A DNA stretch of 64,000 nucleotides from an uncultured SAR86 cluster bacterium (GCA_902610065.1 CACLUH010000002.1:32649-96648); one strand, 5' to 3'; positions 9,946 to 20,965 are shown, counted from the stretch's first letter. Translations and numbers: made by a program. The notes: generated by a model not told the origin, from the letters alone.

Positions 9946-11691
9946 ATGGACAAAAGTAATAAATCTGGTGCTGAAGCATTAATCCATTCTCTTCATCTTG
10001 AAGGGGTAGATCTTATGTTTGGATATCCAGGTGGAGCAGCTCTGCATATATATGATGCAATATTTAATCAAACCTATGTAGACCATATTCTTGTTAGACA
10101 TGAACAAGGAGCCGTCCATGCTGCTGATGGATATGCAAGAGCAACTGGAAAACCAGGCGTCGCATTAGTCACCTCAGGGCCAGGAGCCACTAATGCAATT
10201 ACAGGTTTAGCCACTGCCTACATGGATTCCACGCCCATCGTAGTGATTTCAGGACAAGTTAAATCCAATTTAATTGGTACAGATTCTTTTCAAGAAACTG
10301 ACATGATTGGCGTATCGCGACCTATTGTTAAGCATAGCTTTCTTGTTCAAAGAGCAGAAGATATACCTGATATTGTAAAAAAGGCTTTTCATATAGCTAC
10401 AACAGGAAGAAAAGGTCCGGTTGTTATTGATATCCCTAAAGACTTTACCGATCCTGAATATAAATTCGAATTCAATTATCCAACAGAAGTTAATATGCGT
10501 TCGTATAATCCTCCAGAAGGTGCAGATACGTCGAGGATAAAAGAAGCAGCTGATATGATTGCAATAGCTAAAAGACCTGTCATTTATTCTGGTGGTGGGG
10601 TAAACCAAAATAATGCTTCTGAAGAATTAACTGCTCTAGCCAAACTTTTAAATTTTCCAGTTACCAATACTTTGATGGGATTGGGTGCCTTCCCAGGTTC
10701 AGACCCACAATTTATGGGTATGTTGGGTATGCATGGAACTTATCAGGCAAACATGGCTATGCATAATGCAGATTTAATCATTGCAGTAGGCGCAAGGTTC
10801 GATGATCGAATTACAAATGATCCAAAACAATTTGCCCTCAGTGCCAAGAAAATCCATATTGATGTAGATCCTGCATCTGTTTCAAAGATTATTCATGCCG
10901 ATATACCAATCGTTGGTTCTGCAAAAGAATCATTAACTTCACTTATTGAAGAACTTAAATCTAGAGATTTGAATACTAATGAATCTGATATTTCTGAGTG
11001 GAACAAACAGATTAAAAACTGGCGAGATGCACATGGCCTGAACCATTCTCTATTAGAGATGGGGGCACAAAATGGAAAGATACTCCCTCAGCAAGTTATA
11101 CAATCTCTCTATAAAGAAACTAATGGAGAGGCTTTCGTCACATCAGATGTAGGTCAACATCAGATGTTTGCTGCTCAGTACTATCATTTTGATAAACCAA
11201 GACAGTGGATAAATTCTGGAGGTCTTGGCACGATGGGCTTTGGGCTTCCATCGGCAATGGGTGTCCAGCTAGCATACCCCGAGTCTATAGTCTCATGTGT
11301 CACTGGTGAGGGAAGTATACAGATGTGTATCCAAGAACTTTCAACATGTCTTCAATATGGGTTGCCTATAAAAATAATTAATCTTAATAACGCTGCATTG
11401 GGAATGGTAAAACAATGGCAAGACATGCAATACGGAGGTAGGCATTCATCTAGTACATATGAAAATTCTCTACCAGATTTTGTAGCTCTTACTGAGTCAT
11501 ACGGACATGTTGGTATAAAAGTCTCTAAATTCGATGAGCTCGAGTCAGCTATGAAAGAGTGTATATCCCTTAAAGATAAACTGGTATTTTTGGATGTGGA
11601 TGTTGATCCAAATGAACATGTTTATCCTATGCTAGAGGCTGGCAATGCAATGGATCACATGCGTCTTAGCAAAGACGAAAAGACTTGGTAA
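9946..11691 (+). CDS. ilvI: Acetolactate synthase large subunit
   Basis: 'FGYPGGA', 'RHEQGA', 'TSGPGATN', 'SDVGQHQM', 'SGGLGTMG', TPP motif 'GEGSIQM...NN'. Confidence 0.97.
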   Translation: MDKSNKSGAEALIHSLHLEGVDLMFGYPGGAALHIYDAIFNQTYVDHILVRHEQGAVHAADGYARATGKPGVALVTSGPGATNAITGLATAYMDSTPIVVISGQVKSNLIGTDSFQETDMIGVSRPIVKHSFLVQRAEDIPDIVKKAFHIATTGRKGPVVIDIPKDFTDPEYKFEFNYPTEVNMRSYNPPEGADTSRIKEAADMIAIAKRPVIYSGGGVNQNNASEELTALAKLLNFPVTNTLMGLGAFPGSDPQFMGMLGMHGTYQANMAMHNADLIIAVGARFDDRITNDPKQFALSAKKIHIDVDPASVSKIIHADIPIVGSAKESLTSLIEELKSRDLNTNESDISEWNKQIKNWRDAHGLNHSLLEMGAQNGKILPQQVIQSLYKETNGEAFVTSDVGQHQMFAAQYYHFDKPRQWINSGGLGTMGFGLPSAMGVQLAYPESIVSCVTGEGSIQMCIQELSTCLQYGLPIKIINLNNAALGMVKQWQDMQYGGRHSSSTYENSLPDFVALTESYGHVGIKVSKFDELESAMKECISLKDKLVFLDVDVDPNEHVYPMLEAGNAMDHMRLSKDEKTW

Positions 11692-12170
11692 TGAAAAGAG
11701 TAATTGCTTTATTGATGGAAAACCAACCCGGGGCTCTTTCCAGAGTAGTTGGCCTTTTTTCTCAAAGAGGTTACAACATTGAGACGCTAGTTGTGGCTCC
11801 CACTAATGATGCAACCTTGTCCAGATTAACCATGTCTACTGAGGGTGATGAAAAAGTGGTTGAACAAATAACCAAGCAATTGGATAAATTAATTGATGTT
11901 GTAATGGTTACTAATTTAAGTGAATCTGAATTTGTTGAAAGAGAGTTGATGTTGATAAAGTTTACAAAAGATTCTTTTCCCGAGAATGTCTTTAATGAAT
12001 CCAATATAGTATCTAAGGATGATGAAATTATAAATGTACAGGTTGTAGGTACTTCATCGGAATTGGATAAATTGATTTCAGAGATTGATGTAAATAATCC
12101 CCTTGAAATTGTCAGGTCAGGTTCTTTAGGAATATCATCTGATGAAAAAACCTTAACTATAGAAAATTAA
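11691..12170 (+). CDS. ilvH: Acetolactate synthase small regulatory subunit
   Basis: 'ENQPGALSRVVGLFSQRGYNIETL', 'QITKQLDKLIDV'; TAATG coupling with ilvI. Confidence 0.95.
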   Translation: MKRVIALLMENQPGALSRVVGLFSQRGYNIETLVVAPTNDATLSRLTMSTEGDEKVVEQITKQLDKLIDVVMVTNLSESEFVERELMLIKFTKDSFPENVFNESNIVSKDDEIINVQVVGTSSELDKLISEIDVNNPLEIVRSGSLGISSDEKTLTIEN

Positions 12171-13214
<1,044 letters not shown>

Positions 13215-13218
13215 GCTT

Positions 13219-14004
13219 ATGTCTGATGACCATCAAGAAAGTCTAGATCTCTTTGATGATCATGAAGAGGTTGTCTCCGAGGATGGTAAGAAGGTTACTC
13301 GAAAAGGAATATATTTACTTCCTAATCTGCTAACAACCGCTTCACTTTTTTCAGGATTTTTCTCAATTGTTTCTGCTATAAATGGAAATTTCATAGCTTC
13401 AGGTATGGCTCTATTTGCCGCTCAAATGCTCGATGGTCTGGATGGAAGAGTCGCAAGATTAACCAATTCTCAGAGTTTATTTGGTGCGCAATATGACAGC
13501 CTCTGTGATGTCATTTCTTTTGGCCTTGCACCGGCTATTATTGTTTTTCTCTGGGGTTTAGATTCCTTGGGCCAAACTGGCTGGGTCTTCTCATTTTTCT
13601 ATGTTGCTGCTGCAGCATTAAGACTTGCCAGATTTAATACCTTGATAGGTTCAGAGGATACTTACTTCAAAGGACTTCCCAGTCCTGTGGCGAGCGCTAC
13701 AGTAGTTTATTTTATATGGGCAATGAGTTCTTTTGGTATTCAAGGAGAAGAAGTTGGAAGAATCTTAGCAATATTCACCGCTATTCTGACCGGATGCGTC
13801 TCTCTTCTGATGGTTGTTAACATTCCTTACTACAGTTTCAAGGAGATTGAACTTAAAAAGAGAGTACCTTTCTTTTCTATGCTTTTTGTAGTCTTCATCT
13901 TTGCCTTAATATCAATAGATCCTCCAATTGTATTGGCTAGCTGTGCTTTTGCATACATACTTTCCGGACCTCTAATATGGTCATGGAAAAGATTAAAAAA
14001 GTAG
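13219..14004 (+). CDS. pssA: CDP-diacylglycerol--serine O-phosphatidyltransferase
   Basis: 'LPNLLT', 'DGLDGRVAR', 'YDSLCD..SFG.AP', 'LRLARFN'; ilvC-pssA synteny. Confidence 0.93.
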   Translation: MSDDHQESLDLFDDHEEVVSEDGKKVTRKGIYLLPNLLTTASLFSGFFSIVSAINGNFIASGMALFAAQMLDGLDGRVARLTNSQSLFGAQYDSLCDVISFGLAPAIIVFLWGLDSLGQTGWVFSFFYVAAAALRLARFNTLIGSEDTYFKGLPSPVASATVVYFIWAMSSFGIQGEEVGRILAIFTAILTGCVSLLMVVNIPYYSFKEIELKKRVPFFSMLFVVFIFALISIDPPIVLASCAFAYILSGPLIWSWKRLKK

Positions 14005-15078
14005 TTAGCTGGTCTTTTTCCAGTAACCTGTAAAACTCATCTGATCAACATTGAGGTCTAAGTTCTTTTTGAGAGTTTTTCTAATTGCGGATATCTGTCT
14101 TGCTTCTCCCGCCCCAAATATATATAGCTTCTCTGAATTGACATCGAGCTGTTTAATTCTTTCAAGTAATTCAGTTCCTTCACCTGCTGGTTGATCATTT
14201 CTATAAATCCACTCTATACGATGTTCCGGATCATCATATTCAAATTTAGTTGTTTCATTTTGAGTTTCAAATAAACAAATAAAGTTTTCGTTTTTATTTA
14301 AGTTTTCAATTGAAGCTAAAGCAGCCGGTTGAGCAGTTTCATCTGCGATAAGTATGTAGTTATTTGTATCTAAAGGTGGAGTAAACGTTGTCCTTGGGCC
14401 CCATATAGCGACTTCAGAATTTACTTTTGCTTCTTTTGCCCAGATTGCTAAAGGACCCGGATGATCATGAAGAACAAACCACACATCTATTTCATTATCT
14501 CTGATTGATCTTATTGTGTAATAAGCCGCAGAGTAGGGATTCTCGCCTTTTGTATTCATTGCCCTGAAATCAGTCATTGAGAATCCTTCAGGGTATTTAT
14601 GTTCAATATCACTATTAATAATGAAATACATAAACGCATCATTTTTAAGGTTGGGTAATTTTTGTAGACCACCTTTGAAAGTAATTTCTATAATATTGGA
14701 TGATATCTCTCTTTTATTTTTTACTCTTGTTATGTAAGTATCTAGATTGAGAGTCTTTTCAATGAGTTTTTCTAGACGTGTCTTCGGATAATCTTCAGGA
14801 GCATCAGCTCTTGCTTTTGAGAGACATGAATAGAAGAAATTACTGACTCCAACTGAATCTTTCACCTTTTCTGGAAATTCTATTTGTTGAATCTTTTTTT
14901 CTTCATCCGTTTCAATAATCAAAGAAATTAATTCTGGCGAGATGTGTTTAATTTCGGTTTTTTTTGCTTTTACTTCTTTAAGATAATAGTGAGAAATAAG
15001 AAGTAGGGCGTCTTCGTTGACATCATTGTGTAAGTCAATCATTAGTTGGATATTTTCTTGACTATTCTTATCGAACAT
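14005..15078 (-). CDS. Siderophore-interacting protein (FAD-binding ferric reductase) with N-terminal DUF2470-like domain
   Basis: 'YTIRS', 'DVWFVLH', 'WGPR', 'IADETAQPA', 'GAGEA', 'FTGYWK' SIP motifs; about 110 aa N-terminal extension resembling the HugZ DUF2470 domain. Confidence 0.8.
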   Translation of the reverse strand: MFDKNSQENIQLMIDLHNDVNEDALLLISHYYLKEVKAKKTEIKHISPELISLIIETDEEKKIQQIEFPEKVKDSVGVSNFFYSCLSKARADAPEDYPKTRLEKLIEKTLNLDTYITRVKNKREISSNIIEITFKGGLQKLPNLKNDAFMYFIINSDIEHKYPEGFSMTDFRAMNTKGENPYSAAYYTIRSIRDNEIDVWFVLHDHPGPLAIWAKEAKVNSEVAIWGPRTTFTPPLDTNNYILIADETAQPAALASIENLNKNENFICLFETQNETTKFEYDDPEHRIEWIYRNDQPAGEGTELLERIKQLDVNSEKLYIFGAGEARQISAIRKTLKKNLDLNVDQMSFTGYWKKTS

Positions 15079-15081
15079 AAA

Positions 15082-15813
15082 TTATAGTTCGTAAGCTCTG
15101 TAGTCATTCGCTTGTTTAACAAGCATATCTTTATATTCCTTTGCATTAATGCAAATTTCTTCAAAAGAAATAAAATAAATTTCTTCATTTGATTTTATGT
15201 AATAACCATCTATCGATAGAGAAAGCATTTTAGCTTCATTATCTTTTATGGAATGTTGGGCATTTAGTGCTGAAGATATGTTATTCGAGTGATCTTCATT
15301 CATATGTTCAATGATAGAAGACTCATTGCTACTCCATTTTGGTTTGTGTTGTTCCCATTTCTTTGCATCAAGCCAGGCAATTTTACCAAACCCTCCTATC
15401 CACCTAACTTGATTGATGTGTAGCCTGTAGAAATTGAAATCATGCATGGCAGCATATTTTTTACTTTCCGGTAAGAAATTTTCAAACCTATTTTTCACAG
15501 TTTCTACTTCTTCATTAGGTAAAGATTTTAAGTCTCCCAATAGTGTCATTCTGGATGAATTTTGTTTATCAAAATCGTCATCAATTTTGAATAAGGTTAA
15601 GCATGATTTAGAGTCTTCTTTTAAATTTATGGTGTGTTGCGCTATGTTACTTGCGTATATCAAAATACTTCTGTCGACGTCTGTTACAAAGGTTACAAAA
15701 CTCCCAAAAGGATAACCATCATTTCGGACTGATATAGTAGATAAGACTCCTTCACTGGCATTTCTAAGAAGGCTTACCGCATCTTTTTCGTATTCTTTTT
15801 GTTTTGTATTCAT
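15082..15813 (-). CDS. HugZ-family heme utilisation protein (split-barrel plus DUF2470)
   Basis: 'GVLSTIS...GYPFGS', 'IAQHTINL', 'HDFNFY', 'IGGFGKIAW', 'IIEHMNEDH'. Confidence 0.85.
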   Translation of the reverse strand: MNTKQKEYEKDAVSLLRNASEGVLSTISVRNDGYPFGSFVTFVTDVDRSILIYASNIAQHTINLKEDSKSCLTLFKIDDDFDKQNSSRMTLLGDLKSLPNEEVETVKNRFENFLPESKKYAAMHDFNFYRLHINQVRWIGGFGKIAWLDAKKWEQHKPKWSSNESSIIEHMNEDHSNNISSALNAQHSIKDNEAKMLSLSIDGYYIKSNEEIYFISFEEICINAKEYKDMLVKQANDYRAYEL

Positions 15814-15816
15814 AAC

Positions 15817-16590
15817 TCAGTAATAGTTAATTCTGAAAGGGCTTTTTTCTATTTGCATATCTAAACCATATACTTTGCTCAAAGTTTCCTCATTAAGGAC
15901 TGTCCTAGGAGCTCCAATTTCCAGTAGTTTACCTTCATTGAATATTGCAATTTGATCAGAGTACTTGGCGGCTAAGTTGAGGTCATGGAGTATCAAAAGG
16001 ATACCTATACCCTCATCTCTTTTATTTTGTATAAGTCTCATCATTTTCTGCTCATGAAGAATATCTAAATTTGCAGTAGGCTCATCTAGAAACATATATC
16101 TAGGATCATCCGATCCGGATGGTCTCCATAGTTGGATAAGCGTTCTTGCAAAATGAACACGTCTTTTCTCTCCTCCAGATAAAGTATTAAAACTTTGTTC
16201 TAATAAATCCGCTACAGAACACTCGATAGATATTTTTTTAACGGCTTCTTCAAAATCTTTTGAATAATGTGATATACCTCTGTCAATCCATCCCATTTCA
16301 ATGATTTCTTTTACAGTAAAATCATAGGCTATTTCTTGAGACTGGGACATTACACTTCGCATGAAGGATCTATCTTGAATAGAGATATTGCTTAGTGGAA
16401 TATCATCAAACTTGATTTCTCCATCTGATGCACTTGAGTCGCCAGCTATAAGCTTTAAAAAAGAAGATTTCCCAGCACCATTAGGCCCTAATATAGTGAG
16501 TATCTCTCCTTGATTTATTTTTAGAGACACTTCGTCAACGATCCTTTTTGACTTTATTTCCCAAGTTAAATTAATTGTTTCAACGCTCAT
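15817..16590 (-). CDS. hmuV: Heme ABC transporter ATP-binding protein
   Basis: 'GPNGAGKSS', 'LSGGEKRRVHFAR.L.QLW', 'LDEPT', 'LHDLNLAA'. Confidence 0.92.
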   Translation of the reverse strand: MSVETINLTWEIKSKRIVDEVSLKINQGEILTILGPNGAGKSSFLKLIAGDSSASDGEIKFDDIPLSNISIQDRSFMRSVMSQSQEIAYDFTVKEIIEMGWIDRGISHYSKDFEEAVKKISIECSVADLLEQSFNTLSGGEKRRVHFARTLIQLWRPSGSDDPRYMFLDEPTANLDILHEQKMMRLIQNKRDEGIGILLILHDLNLAAKYSDQIAIFNEGKLLEIGAPRTVLNEETLSKVYGLDMQIEKSPFRINYY

Positions 16591-17624
16591 GTCTTTCTTA
16601 TTCTAAAAATTAACCACAAAAAGAAGGGAGCCCCTATAGCGCTCGTTATCAAACCAACTGGCAATTCAGCTGGTTGTATCAATATTCTCGATAATAAGTC
16701 AGCTGTCATCATTAATGAGGCCCCTAGAAAAGCAGAACCAGGTAGTAAATAATTATGATTTACTCCTCCAATCAGTCTAACTAAATGAGGGACTACTAAC
16801 CCTACAAATCCAATCATTCCTGATAAGGAAACACTTATACCAACTGTTATTGCCGAAGCAATAATAACTTTAAATTTGAGTTTTCTTACATCTACACCTA
16901 AACGGTAAGCTTCCGGTTCTCCCAGCTGCAAAAGATCTAATTTCCTTGCAGACGGTATCATCCAGAACATAGTTAAAGAAATTATTATCAAAGCTGGAAT
17001 TATCAACTGCCAGGAAGCCCCACCAAAACTCCCCATAGTCCAGAAAGTCAGTCCTCTTAATTCCGAGTCTGTGCTGATATAAGTGAGAATGCCGATTCCA
17101 ACTGAAGCGAATGCATTTACTGCAATTCCAACTAAAAGCATATAGGTAATGCCCTGATAACCAAATCCTTGAGTAAAAAGGTATAAAAGGCTTATGACAA
17201 GTGAAGCACCAATAATAGCGGAAATTGGGAGTATTAATGTCCCAAATATAAAGTCGGGGAGGATACCTGAGCCAAGAACTATCACTAGAGATGCGCCTAA
17301 TGCTGCACCAGCCGAAACACCAATTAATCCGGGATCTGCCAAAGGATTTCTAAACAAACCTTGTAGAGAAGCACCCGAAAGCCCAAGACTTGCTCCAACA
17401 AAAGCTGCTAACAAAACTCTAGGAATTCTGATTTCCAAGAGAACAATATTATCTAATGAATTAGAGTCATTAAGTAACTCCTGAAGAGAAAAATTGAAAC
17501 TCCCTAAAGTAATTGACGCAACTAATATTAATAAAGTAGAAATTACAAAGAGTGCAAGAATTCCCGTTTGAAAAGAATTAATAAATTTCAAAGAATGAAC
17601 TTTTTTGGAAAGTATGGATGACAT
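16587..17624 (-). CDS. hmuU: Heme ABC transporter permease (FecCD family)
   Basis: 'IRIPRV', 'QGLFRNPLADPGLIGVSAGA', 'GFVGLVVPH', 'ELPVG'. Confidence 0.92.
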   Translation of the reverse strand: MSSILSKKVHSLKFINSFQTGILALFVISTLLILVASITLGSFNFSLQELLNDSNSLDNIVLLEIRIPRVLLAAFVGASLGLSGASLQGLFRNPLADPGLIGVSAGAALGASLVIVLGSGILPDFIFGTLILPISAIIGASLVISLLYLFTQGFGYQGITYMLLVGIAVNAFASVGIGILTYISTDSELRGLTFWTMGSFGGASWQLIIPALIIISLTMFWMIPSARKLDLLQLGEPEAYRLGVDVRKLKFKVIIASAITVGISVSLSGMIGFVGLVVPHLVRLIGGVNHNYLLPGSAFLGASLMMTADLLSRILIQPAELPVGLITSAIGAPFFLWLIFRIRKT

Positions 17625-18475
17625 TATTTACTAAAAATTTTAGCAAACTTTATCGCCGTTGAAACTGTTCTTGTTCCAAAACCCAACATGGCCATGCCAT
17701 CTTCGTTCAAGATCTTTCCTTCGCGCGCAGCATTCGTAAACTTGAGTGAAGTAGTGCTTGCTAGACTTTCAATATCAGGAAAAGAATTCATGCCTCTGTT
17801 GGTAATAATTATATAGTCAGGATTATACGAAATAATTGATTCGCTGCTTATTGGCTTCCAACCTTCAAATTTATTTGCAGCATTACTTGCTCCGGTCATT
17901 TTGATGAAACCGTCCCCGGAAGTTCCATTTCCAGCAACTATAGGTGAAGTTCCTTGCATATTCAGAATCAGCATCACTTTGATTCCTGATTCCTTATTTT
18001 CTTGCGCGAGTTCATTTAAGTAATTGACATCATCTTTAATCAAATCAATTTTTGATAAGGTATCTTTTGATTTAGTATTGAGAACTTCTGATAGGCATTC
18101 TATTTTTCGTAGAATACCCATAGATGTATGATCCTCTTCTAGAATACGTACATCCAAGCCCGTTAATGATAGTTGTTCCACAACAAGAGGAGGCCCCATA
18201 TCATCTTCCCCCAAAATCAGAGAGGGTTTTAGCGATAAAATACCCTCCGTGGATAATGCCCTGACGTAACCTATGGAGGGGAGCTCCGAAGTTTCTGATG
18301 GAAAATTGGAAGTAATATCCACTCCGATAATTTTCTCTTCTTGCTCCAGAAAATATACTACTTCTGTTAGAGATCCTCCTGCTATAACAGTCTTAGATGA
18401 GTCTTTAGCAATGCTGCAATCTGACCAGCTTAAGTTCGTGAATATGAAAATAATATTTATTAAAAAAAAACGCAT
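17624..18475 (-). CDS. hmuT: Heme ABC transporter periplasmic binding protein
   Basis: Signal peptide, 'GGSLTE', 'GVDITS', heme-ligand Tyr in 'IGYVRALSTEGILSL', 'LGFGTR'. Confidence 0.9.
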   Translation of the reverse strand: MRFFLINIIFIFTNLSWSDCSIAKDSSKTVIAGGSLTEVVYFLEQEEKIIGVDITSNFPSETSELPSIGYVRALSTEGILSLKPSLILGEDDMGPPLVVEQLSLTGLDVRILEEDHTSMGILRKIECLSEVLNTKSKDTLSKIDLIKDDVNYLNELAQENKESGIKVMLILNMQGTSPIVAGNGTSGDGFIKMTGASNAANKFEGWKPISSESIISYNPDYIIITNRGMNSFPDIESLASTTSLKFTNAAREGKILNEDGMAMLGFGTRTVSTAIKFAKIFSK

Positions 18476-18505
18476 TTAAAGGATTGTATTGATTAAAAAG
18501 TTAAA

Positions 18506-18524
18506 GTAAATGATAATCATTCCC
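18506..18524. promoter_or_regulatory. Fur box in the divergent hmuT / receptor promoter
   Basis: GTAAATGATAATCATTCCC matches 15/19 of GATAATGATAATCATTATC; lies between iron-uptake genes. Confidence 0.85.
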
Positions 18525-18549
18525 ATTCGCATTAAGACAGAGGAAAAAA

Positions 18550-20730
18550 ATGAATAAAATCAAGTTTATCAGAGTTTTAATTTTAGGATTAATGATATCT
18601 TTAAACCAGATATTAGCTGAAGATGACGTACAAGAAGTGGTTGTTATATCTTCGAAATATCCCGTTCCCTTGGAAGAAGTAGTTGGTAGTGTGGACTCTA
18701 TATCACTCGAAGACCTAGAAACTAGAATGGTTAGTGATCTTGGAGATATGCTGGATAAAACTATAGGCGTATCTGTTTCAAAGAGAAATGTTTCTGGAAG
18801 GGCATACAATGATGGTATCTCTATCCGTGGCTTAGGCGGTAAAAGGGTTAACATTTTAATTGATGGCATCAGAGTAGCAGAAGCTTATACCGGATACGGA
18901 AGAGATGTTGTTGATGTAGAGCTCTTAAAACGAGTCGAAATTCTAAAAGGTCCTAGTTCAGCTTTATACGGTTCAGATGGACTTGCCGGAGCTGTTTCTT
19001 ATATTACAAAAGATCCAAGTGATTTAGCCGAATTTGGGCAGAATTATTTTTCAGTAAATACTTCTTATGACGAAGATAATGAACAAACCAAGGTAGGCCT
19101 TCTAGCAGCTAGAGTAGGGGAAAGCTTGGAGAGCTTAATCCAGATAACTACAAGAGAACTTAGCCAAGTTGAATTGCATGATGACGCTAATCAAGAACTT
19201 GACCCTTTTGATGGAGAGCAATTGAGTGTATTGGCTAAATTTAAATTAAGTCTCTCTGATTCGGTAGGACTGACTTTAACTTTAGATTCCCAAGAATTTG
19301 AGGGTGACTATATTTTTGAGTCTCAAGCAGGTATGAGTTATTTTCCAGATGTTGTTAGTGCATCGAACGTCTTAGGTGTTGATGATGGCAATAGAGATAG
19401 AGGAACATTATCTCTTGATTTCAGTAATGAAACATCTATGTTTGATAATGGTTCAATTAGATTTTATGCTCAGGAAACTGATCAAAAGCAAATTACAACA
19501 AGATCTAAAACTTACTTTGCTGCAGGACCTCCAATGATGGTTAATGCTTATAGAGATTATCAATTTAATCAGGATATAGACGGGCTTTCCGCCGATTTCT
19601 TTAAGTCAATCAATAATAATGGAAGACTACATAATATTGTTTATGGATTTGAAATAGAGAATATTGAAATTCAACGTCCGAGGATAAGATACGAAACCAA
19701 CCTTATGACTGGAGCCGTAAACACCTTTCTTGGTGGAGAGTACTACCCAAATAAAACTATTCCTGACACTGAGATAGAGAGACAGAGCTTCTTTTTCAAT
19801 GACAGGCTTGAACTTAATGAGAAAACAACGATTGTTTTCGGAGCTCGATATGATGGTTACGAACTTACTCCTACAGCTGATGATTTATTCTTTGCAAATG
19901 CCCAATCAACGAATGAACTTTATTTTATAGATGATAGTGAGGTTTCTATGAAGTTGGGTTTCTTGAGAAATCTATCGGAAGAAGTTTCGTTTTATGCGCA
20001 GTATGCTGAAGGTTTCAGAGCACCAGATTTTCAAAGTGCTAACCTTAGTTTCACTAATTTAGCTTTCCGTTATGCTGTTGGTACTAGCACTGGTTTAAAG
20101 CCTGAAGAAAGTGAAGGTTACGAATTTGGCTTTAAAGGAGTAACTGATAACATGTCTTGGACTTTGGCATTTTATGATAATGATTATGAAAATTTCATAG
20201 ATACTTATATCAAAGGGAGGAGTCCACAAGGCATTACCCTATATGAATATGGAAATCTTGATGAGGTTGAGATTAAGGGTGTTGAATTTGAAATGAATGC
20301 TGATCTTTCAGATAACTTACAGGCATCTTTAGGCTTTAGTGTCCCAGACGGTAATAAAAATGGTGAGCAGCTCGTATCTATAGATTCGGAAGAAGCGATA
20401 TTAGGTTTAGTGTGGAACTCCAATAACGCTAAATTGAAACTCAGCGGTTACGCTAATATTACTGCTGGAAGTCATGATAATTTACCTCCATCTTGTGGAA
20501 GGGGTGGTTGTAATCCTCTACTAGCCTTATCTGGAACAACGACAATAGATGTTTATGGAAGTTATGAATTAACTTCAAATCTCAAACTTAGGTTTGCAAT
20601 AAGGAATCTAACTGACGAAAGTTACTGGAACTGGGCTTCCGTCCAAGGAAAGAGTGCTACTGACCCTAATTTAGATATCTTTATGGAACCTGGAAGAAAC
20701 ATGAGTATGGGACTGAAATACGATTTCTAG
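18550..20730 (+). CDS. TonB-dependent heme/hemoglobin receptor
   Basis: Signal peptide, TonB box 'EVVVIS', plug 'IRGLGG..RVEILKGPSSALYGSDGLAGAV', 'GFRAP', C-terminal 'PGRN..MGLKYDF'. Confidence 0.9.
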   Translation: MNKIKFIRVLILGLMISLNQILAEDDVQEVVVISSKYPVPLEEVVGSVDSISLEDLETRMVSDLGDMLDKTIGVSVSKRNVSGRAYNDGISIRGLGGKRVNILIDGIRVAEAYTGYGRDVVDVELLKRVEILKGPSSALYGSDGLAGAVSYITKDPSDLAEFGQNYFSVNTSYDEDNEQTKVGLLAARVGESLESLIQITTRELSQVELHDDANQELDPFDGEQLSVLAKFKLSLSDSVGLTLTLDSQEFEGDYIFESQAGMSYFPDVVSASNVLGVDDGNRDRGTLSLDFSNETSMFDNGSIRFYAQETDQKQITTRSKTYFAAGPPMMVNAYRDYQFNQDIDGLSADFFKSINNNGRLHNIVYGFEIENIEIQRPRIRYETNLMTGAVNTFLGGEYYPNKTIPDTEIERQSFFFNDRLELNEKTTIVFGARYDGYELTPTADDLFFANAQSTNELYFIDDSEVSMKLGFLRNLSEEVSFYAQYAEGFRAPDFQSANLSFTNLAFRYAVGTSTGLKPEESEGYEFGFKGVTDNMSWTLAFYDNDYENFIDTYIKGRSPQGITLYEYGNLDEVEIKGVEFEMNADLSDNLQASLGFSVPDGNKNGEQLVSIDSEEAILGLVWNSNNAKLKLSGYANITAGSHDNLPPSCGRGGCNPLLALSGTTTIDVYGSYELTSNLKLRFAIRNLTDESYWNWASVQGKSATDPNLDIFMEPGRNMSMGLKYDF

Positions 20731-20738
20731 ATACATAT

Positions 20739-20769
20739 AAAAAAAAGGGCCAAACGGCCCTTTTTTTTT
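20739..20769. terminator. Intrinsic (bidirectional-type) terminator
   Basis: A8-GGGCC-AAAC-GGCCC-T9 immediately after the receptor stop. Confidence 0.9.
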
Positions 20770-20828
20770 GTTCTAGTTTTGTTAACTAGATTAGAGTTTT
20801 TGTTGTAATATGCTCGCTCCACGCAAGT

Positions 20829-20906
<78 letters not shown>

Positions 20907-20965
20907 TTTTAAATTTCTATTAACTTCTATCCTTGTCTTCACTAAACTAAGAGAAGATTTAATTA

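Noticed and set aside
18273-18869. ORFs 18273-18479 (+) and 18501-18869 (-)
   Set aside because: Antisense shadows of hmuT and the TonB receptor; the second runs over the Fur box
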